The position numbers and the translations under genes were made by a program. The notes beneath the pieces were generated by a model. The model did not search any database, was not told where the DNA came from, and saw only the letters and a list, made by a program, of their open reading frames with translations. Positions 1 to 11,384 of a DNA stretch of 64,000 nt are shown piece by piece (position 1 is the stretch's first letter; each line of letters begins with the position of its first letter). This DNA comes from an uncultured Spirochaetota bacterium (GTDB taxonomy: Bacteria; Spirochaetota; Brevinematia; Brevinematales; JAOACQ01). Where the stretch lies: assembly GCA_963768055.1 (NCBI GenBank), contig CAVYGN010000001.1, positions 1,568,001 through 1,632,000 on the forward strand. Direction: 5' to 3'.

Positions 1-69
1 ATAGAACCTCATTAAATAAATTAAAATTATGATCATCTTGAATTAAAAGTGTCGAGGAGTTGAACCTCT

Positions 70-822
70 ATGAAGATATTTATCAGGGTTTTATTGTTTA
101 TATCAGCATTTACATTTGCATATTCCGCTACTACAATTGACGACTGCATGAATTTGAGGATTTACTTCGGCCTGCCGCATGAAAAGACCGCAGATGTTAT
201 AACCGAATATAAGAAACGCATTGAAACCGACCCTGACGATCATTACGCGTATCTCGCTCTCGGGGTTATTTACACGGCTCTTGCATCGACGCTTGACGGA
301 CCTGATAAATCCGCGGTTCAGCCGGCGATAGATTACACGGACCGTTTTCTGCTTACGGATTCTAACCAGGTTTACGCTATTTGTTATAACGCGCTTGATC
401 ATGGTTTGCGCGCTAAATATTCACATAATGTCTTTGAACAGCTTTATGAGATCGATATCTGCGTTAAAAAAATAGAGAAAGCTTTTAACCTGGCTAAAAA
501 TACGGACAGCGAACTGTTTGTCAGGCTTACCAGGGGCTGTATCGACGCCGACCTGCCTGATTTTTTTAATAAAAGGAAGCAGGCTATTGCCGATTTCACA
601 AGGCTTGAAAGCGCTTTTGAGACTAATAAAAATTTGTCCGGAGAAATGATTATAGTCTATTACTATCTGGGAGAGCTGGCATTTCGCAAGGGCGATATCG
701 ACAAGGCCCGGGAATACTGGCAAAAATCCATAGATATGAACCAGTTTGTCAAGATGGATTTCGCGGAAGCGAGATTATCCCAGAAACGTCTGGATGAAGC
801 ATTGAATTCGGCAAAAAAATAG
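70..822 (+). CDS. Secreted TPR-repeat protein (hypothetical)
   Basis: N-terminal signal-like segment; TPR-like helices (AYLALGVIY; YYYLGELAFRKGDIDKAREYWQKSI); GAGGAG upstream. Confidence 0.7.
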   Translation: MKIFIRVLLFISAFTFAYSATTIDDCMNLRIYFGLPHEKTADVITEYKKRIETDPDDHYAYLALGVIYTALASTLDGPDKSAVQPAIDYTDRFLLTDSNQVYAICYNALDHGLRAKYSHNVFEQLYEIDICVKKIEKAFNLAKNTDSELFVRLTRGCIDADLPDFFNKRKQAIADFTRLESAFETNKNLSGEMIIVYYYLGELAFRKGDIDKAREYWQKSIDMNQFVKMDFAEARLSQKRLDEALNSAKK

Positions 823-833
823 GAGGATTTTTT

Positions 834-1946
834 ATGAAAACAGTGTTTTTATCGATCCTGAAATTATTTATTCTGCCTGAAGCAATATTTATTTTATTTA
901 TTATAAATGTTGCTTATACTGAAAATGTCCCCTTTGTAACAGTTTCCGGGACTGAGTTCAGGATTGTGCCGGGCAGCTTCTTTAAGTTCATCGGGGCAAA
1001 TATCGATCCCTGGCGTTTCATGACCGGAAAAGGCGAAAAATACTCTAAGTCAGAAATCGAGGAATGGGTGGCTGACGCCGTTTTATTGACCGGCTCCAGG
1101 GTCGTAAGGATGCATATGAACGGCGGGGCTTTCGAACCCGAACCGGGAAAATATAACGAACAGGCCTTCGAGCAGCTTGATTACCTGCTGTCATCCTGCG
1201 CCGTTCATCATGTCTTTCTAATTATAGCGTTAAGGGACTATTTATGGGGGCCCTGGCCCCCGGACGCCTCGGACCCTTACTGGTACGTCGAAGGCGGCGG
1301 CCCCGATAAAGATTCGATCCTGAAAAACGAAAAAGCGAAGAACTTTTATAAGAGTTTTATCAAATTCGCGCTTAACAGGACAAACACGGTTAGCGGCTTG
1401 ATTTACAAGGACGACCCTTCAATATTCGGATGGGAGCTGATAAACGAACCGAAGATAAATACCGGAATTAAAGCCTGGTTCAGGGAATTCGGAGATTTTG
1501 TAAAGTCGATCGATCAAAACCATCTCGTATCCGTAGGCGTCGCGGGTTCTGAAGCGGCATGGTGGGAACCGGGAAGCAAAAACTGGTCGGAAATAGATGT
1601 ACCCCAGCTCGATTTTATCGATCTTCATTACTATGCCGATCCTTCCAATTATATGCCTGTAGATAACGGTAATATTTCCAGATTGAAGTGCAGGGTCAGG
1701 AGCGTACTCGCATTGAAAAAACCTGTCATTATAGGCGAATTCGGGTGCACAGGAAATAACCCGGCCCCGACGATCCTGAATCTTTACAAAACAGTCCTTG
1801 GCACCTCTTTCGGCGAGGGATCCGCCGGTGCGATCTTTTATTCATGGGGCCCTCCGGGCCCGCATGGCTGGGGCGGTAAAGGAAGTTTTAATCTATATAC
1901 TAACGACACCGAACTCTGCGCTTTGATAAAGAACTTTGCCCCCTGA
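834..1946 (+). CDS. Glycoside hydrolase family 5 (beta-mannanase/cellulase-like)
   Basis: GH-A catalytic motifs WELINEP (acid/base) and PVIIGEFG (nucleophile), DLHYY; AGGAGG RBS. Confidence 0.8.
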   Translation: MKTVFLSILKLFILPEAIFILFIINVAYTENVPFVTVSGTEFRIVPGSFFKFIGANIDPWRFMTGKGEKYSKSEIEEWVADAVLLTGSRVVRMHMNGGAFEPEPGKYNEQAFEQLDYLLSSCAVHHVFLIIALRDYLWGPWPPDASDPYWYVEGGGPDKDSILKNEKAKNFYKSFIKFALNRTNTVSGLIYKDDPSIFGWELINEPKINTGIKAWFREFGDFVKSIDQNHLVSVGVAGSEAAWWEPGSKNWSEIDVPQLDFIDLHYYADPSNYMPVDNGNISRLKCRVRSVLALKKPVIIGEFGCTGNNPAPTILNLYKTVLGTSFGEGSAGAIFYSWGPPGPHGWGGKGSFNLYTNDTELCALIKNFAP

Positions 1947-1952
1947 TGAGAC

Positions 1953-2023
1953 TTGTCGTTTCGAGCGTAGTGTTTATCCCGACCCGGCAGGGCGGATAAA
2001 CGCTTCGCTCCTCGAAATGACAA
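1953..2023. repeat. REP-like palindromic element, copy A
   Basis: Terminal inverted repeat TTGTCGTTTCGAG ... CTCGAAATGACAA with inner stem GTGTTTATCC/GGATAAACGC; sits just after the GH5 stop. Confidence 0.75.
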
Positions 2024-2180
2024 TACTTCGTTTAAGAAAATTACCTTCCAAATTAATTCAAATTGTGTGGTCTTACTTAAGTTATTATTAAGTAACTTAA
2101 TTCTTATAAAACTTTATTTTTTTCCCGTCCTCCTTTAAAATATATTCTAAAATTCAGTTTTGGAAGTTTTAGGAGGAATC

Positions 2181-3251
2181 ATGGCTTATAATATCGCAGT
2201 GATCAGCGGAGACGGTACAGGCCCTGAGGTTATCGCCGAGGGTATAAAAGTACTCAAAACCGCGGAAAAGAAATTTAAACTTAAACTTGATTTTCACTTT
2301 TACGATTTCGGGGGAGAAAGATACCTCAAAACAGGAAAAATCATTTCCAAGGAAGAAATCGACGAACTTAGAAAATACGACGCCATCTACCTCGGGGCCA
2401 TCGGACATCCCGATGTCAAGCCCGGAATTCTCGAAAAGGGCCTCCTTCTCCGGATACGTTTCGATTTAGACCAGTATATAAACCTGAGGCCCGTAAAGCT
2501 GTACCCTAATGTCGCAACTCCTCTGAAGGATAAAGGTCCGGCCGATATCGATTTCATCGTCGTCAGGGAAAACACCGGGGGTATATACACCGGTCACGGC
2601 GGTGCGACCAGGGAAGGCACCGTGGACGAAATAGCTTCGCAGCTTATGATCTACGATAGAAGGACTGTCGACAGGTGTCTAAAATATTCATTCGAACTTA
2701 AGAAAAAGAGAAACACCCTGAAAAAAATCTATAGCGATAAGCCCCTTCATCTTGTTCACAAGCGGAATGTATTAACCTACTGCGGCGATCTCTGGTACAG
2801 GGCCTTCGAGGAAATGGGCGAAAAACAATACCCCGGCCTCAAACGCGATTACGCGCATGTTGACGCAACGACAATGTGGTTCGTAAAGAATCCGGAATGG
2901 TTCGATGTAGTAGTGACGGAAAATCTTTTCGGCGATATAATAACCGACCTTGGCGCAATGATCCAGGGAGGAATGGGGATCGCGGCCGGCGGCAATATAA
3001 ATCCCGAAGGCGTGTCAATGTTCGAACCCATAGGCGGTTCGGCCCCGAAATACACCGGCCTGCATGTGATAAACCCGGTGGCGGCCATAGAAGCCGGCAG
3101 GATGATGCTCGAAGAACTCGGCGAAAGAGAAGCAGCCCAGGCTATTGAAAAGGGAGTCATTTTCGCTTGTTCAAAGATGAAAAGCCAGTCTGCCGGTAAA
3201 ATGGGATTTTCCACCGAACAGGTGGGCGACATGGTGGCCGGAGCGATATAG
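2181..3251 (+). CDS. leuB: 3-isopropylmalate dehydrogenase
   Basis: GDGTGPEV, NLRP, VVRENT, ENLFGDIITD, FEPIGGSAP motifs; ATG at 2181 after AGGAGG. Confidence 0.9.
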   Translation: MAYNIAVISGDGTGPEVIAEGIKVLKTAEKKFKLKLDFHFYDFGGERYLKTGKIISKEEIDELRKYDAIYLGAIGHPDVKPGILEKGLLLRIRFDLDQYINLRPVKLYPNVATPLKDKGPADIDFIVVRENTGGIYTGHGGATREGTVDEIASQLMIYDRRTVDRCLKYSFELKKKRNTLKKIYSDKPLHLVHKRNVLTYCGDLWYRAFEEMGEKQYPGLKRDYAHVDATTMWFVKNPEWFDVVVTENLFGDIITDLGAMIQGGMGIAAGGNINPEGVSMFEPIGGSAPKYTGLHVINPVAAIEAGRMMLEELGEREAAQAIEKGVIFACSKMKSQSAGKMGFSTEQVGDMVAGAI

Positions 3252-3341
3252 CTTTGCCCTCATTGTCAAGGAAATCATGATCAAGTTTTGTTGTTTTATT
3301 TCATAATTAGTAAATTTATAATACAAGGTTTATAATAAATT

Positions 3342-5609
3342 ATGGAAATAAACGAAGAACTGAATAAAATTATCCTGGCCGGATACAATGAGGCAAAGGC
3401 CAGGCGTCATGAATATTATACGCCTGAGCATCTTCTTTACGCCTCCCTTTTTTTCAACAGCGGGATCGATATCCTTGTCCATTGCGGCGGGAATATCGAA
3501 AGCATGAGGCTCAACCTTGAATCTTATTTTAAAAATTACAACGAGCCCGTAAACGATGATGTCGAACCCCTCGAATCCCTGGGCCTCCAGAACGTCCTAA
3601 CGAGGGCGCTGTACTCTTCAACCGATCCCCATAAAAAAGAAATTACTATAGGCGACGTTTTTATTGCTATAATGGATGAACAGGATTCCTTCGCATCCTA
3701 TTATATTACAAGGGAAGGCATAACCAAGCTCGATCTTCTGAATTATATCTCTCACGGTATTTCCGTAATACCCGATGAAGCGATTTCCCGGCCTTCTCAA
3801 ATTAAGCCCGACGAAGAGCTCTTTACCGATAACAGCGCTGAAAAAGAAAATAAAAAAAGCATTCTCGGCTATTACACGTCTGAACTTGTTCAAAAAGCAA
3901 GGTCCCATGAGTTCGAACCCCTTATAGGCAGGGAAGACGTCCTCGAAAGGACCATCCAGGTCCTTTGCAGAAGATTTAAAAACAACCCTATCCATGTAGG
4001 CGAACCCGGCGTAGGAAAGACGGCCATTACCCAAGGCCTCGCTTACCTTATAGCCAATGACTCCGTCCCCTCGGCGCTCCGCAATTCTAAAATTTATTCG
4101 CTGGATATGGGCTCCCTATTGGCAGGCACCCGCTACAGGGGCGATTTCGAAGAAAGGCTGAAAAAGATCATTAACGAACTCCTGCTGATGGACAGGGTAA
4201 TTCTCTTTATAGACGAGATTCACACAATTGTCGGCGCGGGCGCTGTTACAGGCGGATCGCTGGACGCGTCGAATATTTTAAAACCGGCCCTGATGTCCGG
4301 AAAATTGAGATGTATAGGGACCACGACATACGAGGAATACAGGAAGTATTTCGAGAAAGACAGGGCACTTTCAAGAAGGTTCCAGAAGATCGAAGTCGTA
4401 GAACCTTCCCTGGAAGAGACCTTTCATATCCTGCAGGGGCTTAAAAATAATTACGAGGAATTTCATAAGGTCGCATATACTGTCAAGGCATTGAGATCCG
4501 CGGTGGAATTATCCTCCAAGTATATTAACGACAGGCATCTGCCCGATAAAGCCATCGATGTGATAGACGAAGCCGGGGCCCTGATGAGGATAAAAAGAGG
4601 TTCCGATCTGAAAAAGAAAATCACTGTCCGTGCCGGGGATATCGAAAAGATAGTTGCTAAAATGGCGAGGATCCCTGAAAAATCGGTATCGTCAAGCGAG
4701 ACGGACAGCCTCAAAAACCTGGAACATGAACTTTCCAATAAAATATTCGGCCAATCTAATGCGATAAGGATGGTTGCCGATGCGATAAAAAGGTCGAGGG
4801 CGGGATTCCGTGAAGAAACAAGGCCTGTAGCGTCATTTCTGTTCGTAGGGCCGACAGGCGTCGGGAAAACCGAACTCGTTAAACAGCTGTCGCAGTGCCT
4901 TGGAATCCCGCTGATCCGTTTCGATATGAGCGAATACCAGGAAAAGCATACGGTCGCCAGGCTCATCGGGGCTCCTCCGGGATATGTAGGATACGAGGAA
5001 GGGGGCCTTTTAACCGAGGAGATCCGTAAAAAGCCTTATTCCGTGCTTCTTCTCGATGAAGTTGAAAAGGCCCATCCGGATATTTTCAACACGCTCTTAC
5101 AGGTGATGGATTACGCCACCCTTACGGATAATTCAGGCAAGAAGGCCGATTTCAGGAATGTGATAATTATAATGACAAGCAACGCCGGGGCGAGGGATAT
5201 GGCGCAGACTTCCATAGGATTCAGCGAAGGGGATGAAAAAAGAAAGTCGGTTTCCAAAGCGCTTGAGATGTTTTTCTCGCCTGAATTCAGGAACCGGCTC
5301 GACTCGGTTGTTCAATTTAACGCCCTTGACAGGAGCATAGTAAAAGAAATAGTGAAAAAACAGCTGATGGAATTTCAGGACCAGCTTAAAGCAAAACATA
5401 TCATTTTAGAGTTCACCGAAAAATGCCTCGATTTCCTTACCGACAGGGCTTTTTCAAAAACTTTCGGCGCCAGGGAAGTTTCCCGCTGGATCCAGGATAA
5501 GATCAAAAATTACTTTGTCGATGAAGTACTTTTCGGAAGTTTGATGAAGGGCGGAAAGGTAACGGCCGACGTTGCCGGGGATGATATCAAAATAAAGCCT
5601 ATGATATAG
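3342..5609 (+). CDS. clpA: ATP-dependent Clp protease ATP-binding subunit ClpA
   Basis: Clp N-domain, two AAA+ modules (GEPGVGKT, GPTGVGKT), RFDMSEY, GAPPGYVGY; 755 aa with no ClpB middle domain. Confidence 0.92.
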   Translation: MEINEELNKIILAGYNEAKARRHEYYTPEHLLYASLFFNSGIDILVHCGGNIESMRLNLESYFKNYNEPVNDDVEPLESLGLQNVLTRALYSSTDPHKKEITIGDVFIAIMDEQDSFASYYITREGITKLDLLNYISHGISVIPDEAISRPSQIKPDEELFTDNSAEKENKKSILGYYTSELVQKARSHEFEPLIGREDVLERTIQVLCRRFKNNPIHVGEPGVGKTAITQGLAYLIANDSVPSALRNSKIYSLDMGSLLAGTRYRGDFEERLKKIINELLLMDRVILFIDEIHTIVGAGAVTGGSLDASNILKPALMSGKLRCIGTTTYEEYRKYFEKDRALSRRFQKIEVVEPSLEETFHILQGLKNNYEEFHKVAYTVKALRSAVELSSKYINDRHLPDKAIDVIDEAGALMRIKRGSDLKKKITVRAGDIEKIVAKMARIPEKSVSSSETDSLKNLEHELSNKIFGQSNAIRMVADAIKRSRAGFREETRPVASFLFVGPTGVGKTELVKQLSQCLGIPLIRFDMSEYQEKHTVARLIGAPPGYVGYEEGGLLTEEIRKKPYSVLLLDEVEKAHPDIFNTLLQVMDYATLTDNSGKKADFRNVIIIMTSNAGARDMAQTSIGFSEGDEKRKSVSKALEMFFSPEFRNRLDSVVQFNALDRSIVKEIVKKQLMEFQDQLKAKHIILEFTEKCLDFLTDRAFSKTFGAREVSRWIQDKIKNYFVDEVLFGSLMKGGKVTADVAGDDIKIKPMI

Positions 5610-6567
5610 GGAGTACCCTTATGCTCCCGTCGAGCTTTTCATCAAGGTAATTCTGGATCGCGTAAAGGGTTCCGGTCGTGCTGGCCGGGCACCCCCGGCA
5701 TGCCCCGATGTAATTAATATAGACATCGGTATGTCCGTCGCTCTCTTTTAAATCGACGATTTCCATGCTGCCTCCGTCGGCCTCAAGCATGGGTTTTATC
5801 TCGTCTTCGAGGATTTTTTCAATAGCCTTGAGTTTCTGGACAACCCCCATATCCTTAAAACTGATAGTTTTCATAGATTCCTTGACCTGTTCTTTTTCCA
5901 TTTGCGCCCTCACTTCTTTTAATATATCCACAAGATAATATTTCCTCATTTCATGGCCCCCGGGCCGTAAACAGCTTTTGCAAAAAGCGCCTGCTTTGGT
6001 GTATTGAGTGATCTGTTCGACGGTCTTCAGGTCATTTATTCTTATAACCTCTTTGATCGTACCGAGGGAGACCCTTGCGCATTCGCAGACAATCTCCTCG
6101 AATTCAAAAGAGGACATTTCAACGCCCTTATAGATAGAAGCGGCCTTTTTTATCACGTCATAAGCCATAACACTGCAATGCATCTTCTGGGGCGGAATGG
6201 AGGGCGTGTCCTCGTCGTCCCTCATCGCCTTTTCAACGTCAATGTTGGTGATCTTTATCGCCTCGTCGACCGTTTTCCCGATGCACATTTCAGCCATTGT
6301 GTCGCTCGAGGCGATTGCCGTTCCGCATCCGAAACTTTTGAATTTGGAATCCAGGATTATATTCGTCCCGGGATCGACGGCCCAGTAAAGCCGGACGGCG
6401 TCTCCGCAGGCTTCGGCGCCCCAATCTGCGACTATGAGCTTCGCCCCCTTTACCGCGACTTCCTCCTCTGTTATTTCACCCCGGTGAACCGGATTATTCA
6501 TCTTTTCGCTTACTTTATTCGAATACTGCTCCCAGAGAGCCCCGCCTATTAAATCTTTTTTCGCCAC
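5599..6567 (-). CDS. nifU: Three-domain Fe-S scaffold NifU (IscU-like + Bfd-like 2Fe-2S + Nfu)
   Basis: ACGD, FGCG, KMHCS; CEC...GAFCKSC; GACRGC; GTG start. Confidence 0.92.
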   Translation of the reverse strand: MAKKDLIGGALWEQYSNKVSEKMNNPVHRGEITEEEVAVKGAKLIVADWGAEACGDAVRLYWAVDPGTNIILDSKFKSFGCGTAIASSDTMAEMCIGKTVDEAIKITNIDVEKAMRDDEDTPSIPPQKMHCSVMAYDVIKKAASIYKGVEMSSFEFEEIVCECARVSLGTIKEVIRINDLKTVEQITQYTKAGAFCKSCLRPGGHEMRKYYLVDILKEVRAQMEKEQVKESMKTISFKDMGVVQKLKAIEKILEDEIKPMLEADGGSMEIVDLKESDGHTDVYINYIGACRGCPASTTGTLYAIQNYLDEKLDGSIRVLPIS

Positions 6568-6590
6568 AGTTCCCGCCTGTAAAATTTTTG

Positions 6591-7799
<1,209 letters not shown>

Positions 7800-7859
7800 T
7801 CAACATTTATGGGCATTGAAGTTCATGCCATTTCGAGCATGGTATTCACCTTAAAAACA

Positions 7860-7950
7860 GTCATTTCGAGGAGGGGGCTGTCAAGAGACAGCCCTACGAC
7901 GAGAAATCCTCTTCCTGAAGGCAGGAAAAACGCTACACTCGTAATGACAA
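7860..7950. repeat. REP-like palindromic element, copy B
   Basis: GTCATTTCGAG ... CTCGTAATGACAA ends; inner hairpins GGGCTGTC-aaga-GACAGCCC and TTCCTG-aagg-CAGGAA; GAGAAATC motif. Confidence 0.75.
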
Positions 7951-7998
7951 CTTGATTTTCAAGGAAAAAGTGTTTAATTTAACAAAAAGGAGCCTTAT

Positions 7999-10386
7999 AT
8001 GAGATTCTATATAATTTTTTCGATAATGCTAATTTTTTTCACCGGCTCAGCTTTTGCCTCCGATCCCCTTAACGATCCGAAATTCAGGGCAGACAATGAC
8101 GGAATCTGGCACCTCTGGGATAATCCTGCCGGGCTCGGCCTTTCTCCGTATATATTCGACGCAGGCGTGTCATATGCTCCCGGCATCCCTAACGCCTGGG
8201 ACATTACCGCCCAGATCCCGTATATCGATTACGGCGCGAGTTTCAGATACCCTGATGTGCTTCAGCAGACAGGATTATCATTCGGCCTTGACAACAGTTT
8301 TTCTTTAGGTTTCGATTACCGATGGTGGCAGCTCCAGACCGCTGCGGACTATTTCTCAATAGGTGTGATAAGCCGTCCCTATGATTTTTTATCTATCGGC
8401 CTTACTTACGATTTTTCAAACGCTCCGTCATTCGGCATGGGCCTGGGTCTAAGGCCGCTTTCATTTATAGAGGGCCTCGGCCAAATCCTTACCCTGACCG
8501 CGGATGCGCATACCGATTGGAAAGGCTTCGTGCTTGAAAGTATCGGTTTCCGCCTCGATTTTAACGATTCCTTGAATTTAAGGTCATGGTACGACTTTCA
8601 ATACGGCAGCATTGGCCTTGAAGTCACCATAGCACTTGGCCCCGGTGAAACGCGGGCGTCGATGCCTTCACTTCCCGACACATCCGACTGGAGGGTGGCT
8701 GAAAGCTTCGGAATATTAAAGGGAAATGCCCCGGCGCCGGCGATCGATATCGTCGGTTCTAAAATAATCGTTATAAAAGATATCGGCGAAATATTCCCGA
8801 CGCCTCAAACCAACTCTTTAATTTATACGTTATTGAATAACAGAAATACTTTCAATCTGCCGGAATTATTAAACATGATCCGCCGCGCAGGAAAAGACCC
8901 CTCTATCGCAGCCATAGCCTTCGAAAACCTTCCGTCCCTGGGATATTTTGCCTCGGTGCAGGAGACGGCAAAGGCGCTTGGCGATTTCAGGAAAACAGGG
9001 AAAAAGGTCTATTTTTATTCGGACGAGTATTTTTATTCCGGGCAATACCAGATTCTTTCATCCGAGGCCGACTTGATAGCTTTAAACCCTTCAGGATCGG
9101 TAAACCTCACCGGGATAAGCGCTCAGCGTCTATATTTTAAGGATTTCCTCGATAAACTCGGCATCCGTTTTATAAATCTGGCTCCCTGGGATACGAAGTC
9201 GGCAAATAATCCCTTTACCTATAACGAGATGCCGAAGGGTGAAAGGAATATGCTGAAAAGGTACCTTGGCGACATCGCCGATCAAACTCTAAAGAGTTTT
9301 ACCGCAGGAAGATCGGGCAAACTTAAGGCCGAACCGGCCGATGTGATAGCCTCCGGGCCATATCTTTCTTCGGGGAAAGCCCTCGACGCAGGGGTCGTCG
9401 ATTCCGTCATGTATAAAGACGAATTCGAGGAGTGGATAGTCAAGACGAATAATGGAGCCCGGATAATAACGGAGTATCCGGAACCAAAAGATCTCTCATG
9501 GGGCCGGTCGTCGGCGTCAAAAAAAGTGGCCGTTCTTTACCTGAACGGAGCCATAATTATGGGTTATGGAAACGCCGGCAGCAGCATAGGGACTTCCGCT
9601 GTTGACAAGATCAAGCGCCTCAGGGAAGACCCGGACATTACCGCTATTCTTATCAGAGTCAATTCTCCCGGCGGGGTAATAATTACCAGCGACGAGATAG
9701 CCCGCGAAGTAAAGAAAACGGTCACCGCAGGTAAACCGGTAGTTGTGTCGATGGGCGATGTGGCCGCTTCAGGGGGATATTATGTGTCATGTTACGCAGA
9801 CAGGATATTCGCCGAGCCCGGCACAATAACTGGTTCTATAGGGGTTACGGGCCTTATCCCCAACTTTTCCGGAACTCTCGGAAAACTGGGGATCCGTTCC
9901 GACGGGGTCGATCTTTCACGAAGTTCAGGATACCTTGACCCGGCAAGGGAATTTAAGGAAAGGGATATTTCAAATACCAGGGAAATGATAATTACCATGT
10001 ACGACCGCTTCGTTTCAGTCGTCGCGGAGAGCCGCAAGCTTACGCCCGGCAGGGTGAACGAAATCGGCGAGGGCCAGGTCTGGACCGGACGCGAAGCCCT
10101 TACGAACGGACTTATAGATGAAATCGGAAGCCTGGAGGACGCCGAAAACTACCTCAGGACCAGGCTGGGCGGCTGGGTCGAATTCGATGACGATATTCCC
10201 GGAAACCTGAATATGGATTACGGACTGCTTGAAAATCTTTTGAAATTGATTGCGTCATCGTCCGAACACGAGGATATCGATAATATAAGAACGGCTCTTA
10301 AACCCTACGTTAAAGCGGCGTCGGAAATCCTGAGCCTTGGATCGGGCCCGGTGCTATATTACGACTGGATGGGCGTCGGGGAATAG
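7999..10386 (+). CDS. sppA: Signal peptide peptidase SppA (S49, two domains) with extra N-terminal domain
   Basis: RVNSPGG, SMGDVAASGGY, TGSIGV, GQVWTG; upstream S49 domain (LNPSGSV, KSANNPF); signal peptide. Confidence 0.85.
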   Translation: MRFYIIFSIMLIFFTGSAFASDPLNDPKFRADNDGIWHLWDNPAGLGLSPYIFDAGVSYAPGIPNAWDITAQIPYIDYGASFRYPDVLQQTGLSFGLDNSFSLGFDYRWWQLQTAADYFSIGVISRPYDFLSIGLTYDFSNAPSFGMGLGLRPLSFIEGLGQILTLTADAHTDWKGFVLESIGFRLDFNDSLNLRSWYDFQYGSIGLEVTIALGPGETRASMPSLPDTSDWRVAESFGILKGNAPAPAIDIVGSKIIVIKDIGEIFPTPQTNSLIYTLLNNRNTFNLPELLNMIRRAGKDPSIAAIAFENLPSLGYFASVQETAKALGDFRKTGKKVYFYSDEYFYSGQYQILSSEADLIALNPSGSVNLTGISAQRLYFKDFLDKLGIRFINLAPWDTKSANNPFTYNEMPKGERNMLKRYLGDIADQTLKSFTAGRSGKLKAEPADVIASGPYLSSGKALDAGVVDSVMYKDEFEEWIVKTNNGARIITEYPEPKDLSWGRSSASKKVAVLYLNGAIIMGYGNAGSSIGTSAVDKIKRLREDPDITAILIRVNSPGGVIITSDEIAREVKKTVTAGKPVVVSMGDVAASGGYYVSCYADRIFAEPGTITGSIGVTGLIPNFSGTLGKLGIRSDGVDLSRSSGYLDPAREFKERDISNTREMIITMYDRFVSVVAESRKLTPGRVNEIGEGQVWTGREALTNGLIDEIGSLEDAENYLRTRLGGWVEFDDDIPGNLNMDYGLLENLLKLIASSSEHEDIDNIRTALKPYVKAASEILSLGSGPVLYYDWMGVGE

Positions 10387-10398
10387 TCCCGGCCCTAT

Positions 10399-10427
10399 TG
10401 GACAATTTTAAGCAGGCTTTATATAAT
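10399..10427 (+). promoter_or_regulatory. sigma70-type promoter with no downstream ORF
   Basis: TGGACA-17 nt-TATAAT; near-identical to the promoter at 14502-14530. Confidence 0.55.
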
Positions 10428-10440
10428 AATTGCCGGGGGA

Positions 10441-10500
10441 AGATTTCTTCCTTACAGGATGAACCCCCCGTCTCTAAAGGGACGGGGCTCGAAATGACAA
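10441..10500. repeat. REP-like element, copy C (right half)
   Basis: AGATTTCT ... CTCGAAATGACAA; inner hairpin CCCCGTCTC-taaa-GGGACGGGG; between convergent genes, so may also act as a terminator. Confidence 0.65.
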
Positions 10501-10520
10501 CAAGATTTGTTTCCTGCGTC

Positions 10521-11384
10521 TTAACGGATGCCTCCCTTCCAGACTCCTGATTCCGCCAGTACTATTGTGGAGGAATCCGTGTACTGGTTCTTGACCGTCA
10601 CTCCCGTCGCCGTGTCCACCCACATAATAAAGTGATCGGTATAACCCTTCATCAGGTTTCCCAGGAAATTGTCGGCTATCATAAAATTTACTTTTACGGC
10701 TTTAAATTTACCGGCGGGTGTTGTTATCTCTTCCTTTCCTACAACTCTGAAATATCCGGGCAGGGATAAATTAAGAAATCCCGGGGCCGTTAAATATATT
10801 ATTCCGGGTTTTTCAGGGTCTAACAGCCTTAAAATCGCGGGGTAAATTTCAAGACCGCAAAAATAGCTGTAGCCGGCTTTAATAGGCAGCCTCGATTTTT
10901 GACTTTTTATCTCTTTTCCGTCCCATGACATGATCCTTGAATCCGCTTCCAGATTCCTGTAGTCGAAGGTGGTTTCAATGTAAAAAATACCGTGAGTTTT
11001 TCCGGAAAATATTGTATTCGACCAGTTCTCTGTAAAATGGAGCATTGTGCCCTTTTCGAGGTCAAAACTAAATCTGTCGCTGAAATAGACGGATTTCAAT
11101 GTAATTTCGGAAAATTTGTTAGAACAGGTTCCGACATATAAATCCATCGTATTGCCGCCTCTGTTCAGTTTGTAAACAAAGTAGGCATATCCGGTTATTT
11201 CCCCTCCGTTTATAACTGCGTATTTCTGGTATTCCATTTGGGTAATTTTAGGTTTTTTTACGGCCGCGGGCTGAAGTTTCACATAACTTCCCATTGCTCT
11301 TATTGACGCGGCCGGGATTATTACAATAAGAGACACAGTAATATAAATGCAAAGTCTTGAAAACACTGGAGTTTTTTTACTCAT
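10521..11384 (-). CDS. Exported hypothetical protein (DUF3108-like)
   Basis: Signal-like N-terminus from ATG 11384; EEITTPAGKFKAVKV and MWVD motifs typical of DUF3108-type proteins. Confidence 0.55.
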   Translation of the reverse strand: MSKKTPVFSRLCIYITVSLIVIIPAASIRAMGSYVKLQPAAVKKPKITQMEYQKYAVINGGEITGYAYFVYKLNRGGNTMDLYVGTCSNKFSEITLKSVYFSDRFSFDLEKGTMLHFTENWSNTIFSGKTHGIFYIETTFDYRNLEADSRIMSWDGKEIKSQKSRLPIKAGYSYFCGLEIYPAILRLLDPEKPGIIYLTAPGFLNLSLPGYFRVVGKEEITTPAGKFKAVKVNFMIADNFLGNLMKGYTDHFIMWVDTATGVTVKNQYTDSSTIVLAESGVWKGGIR

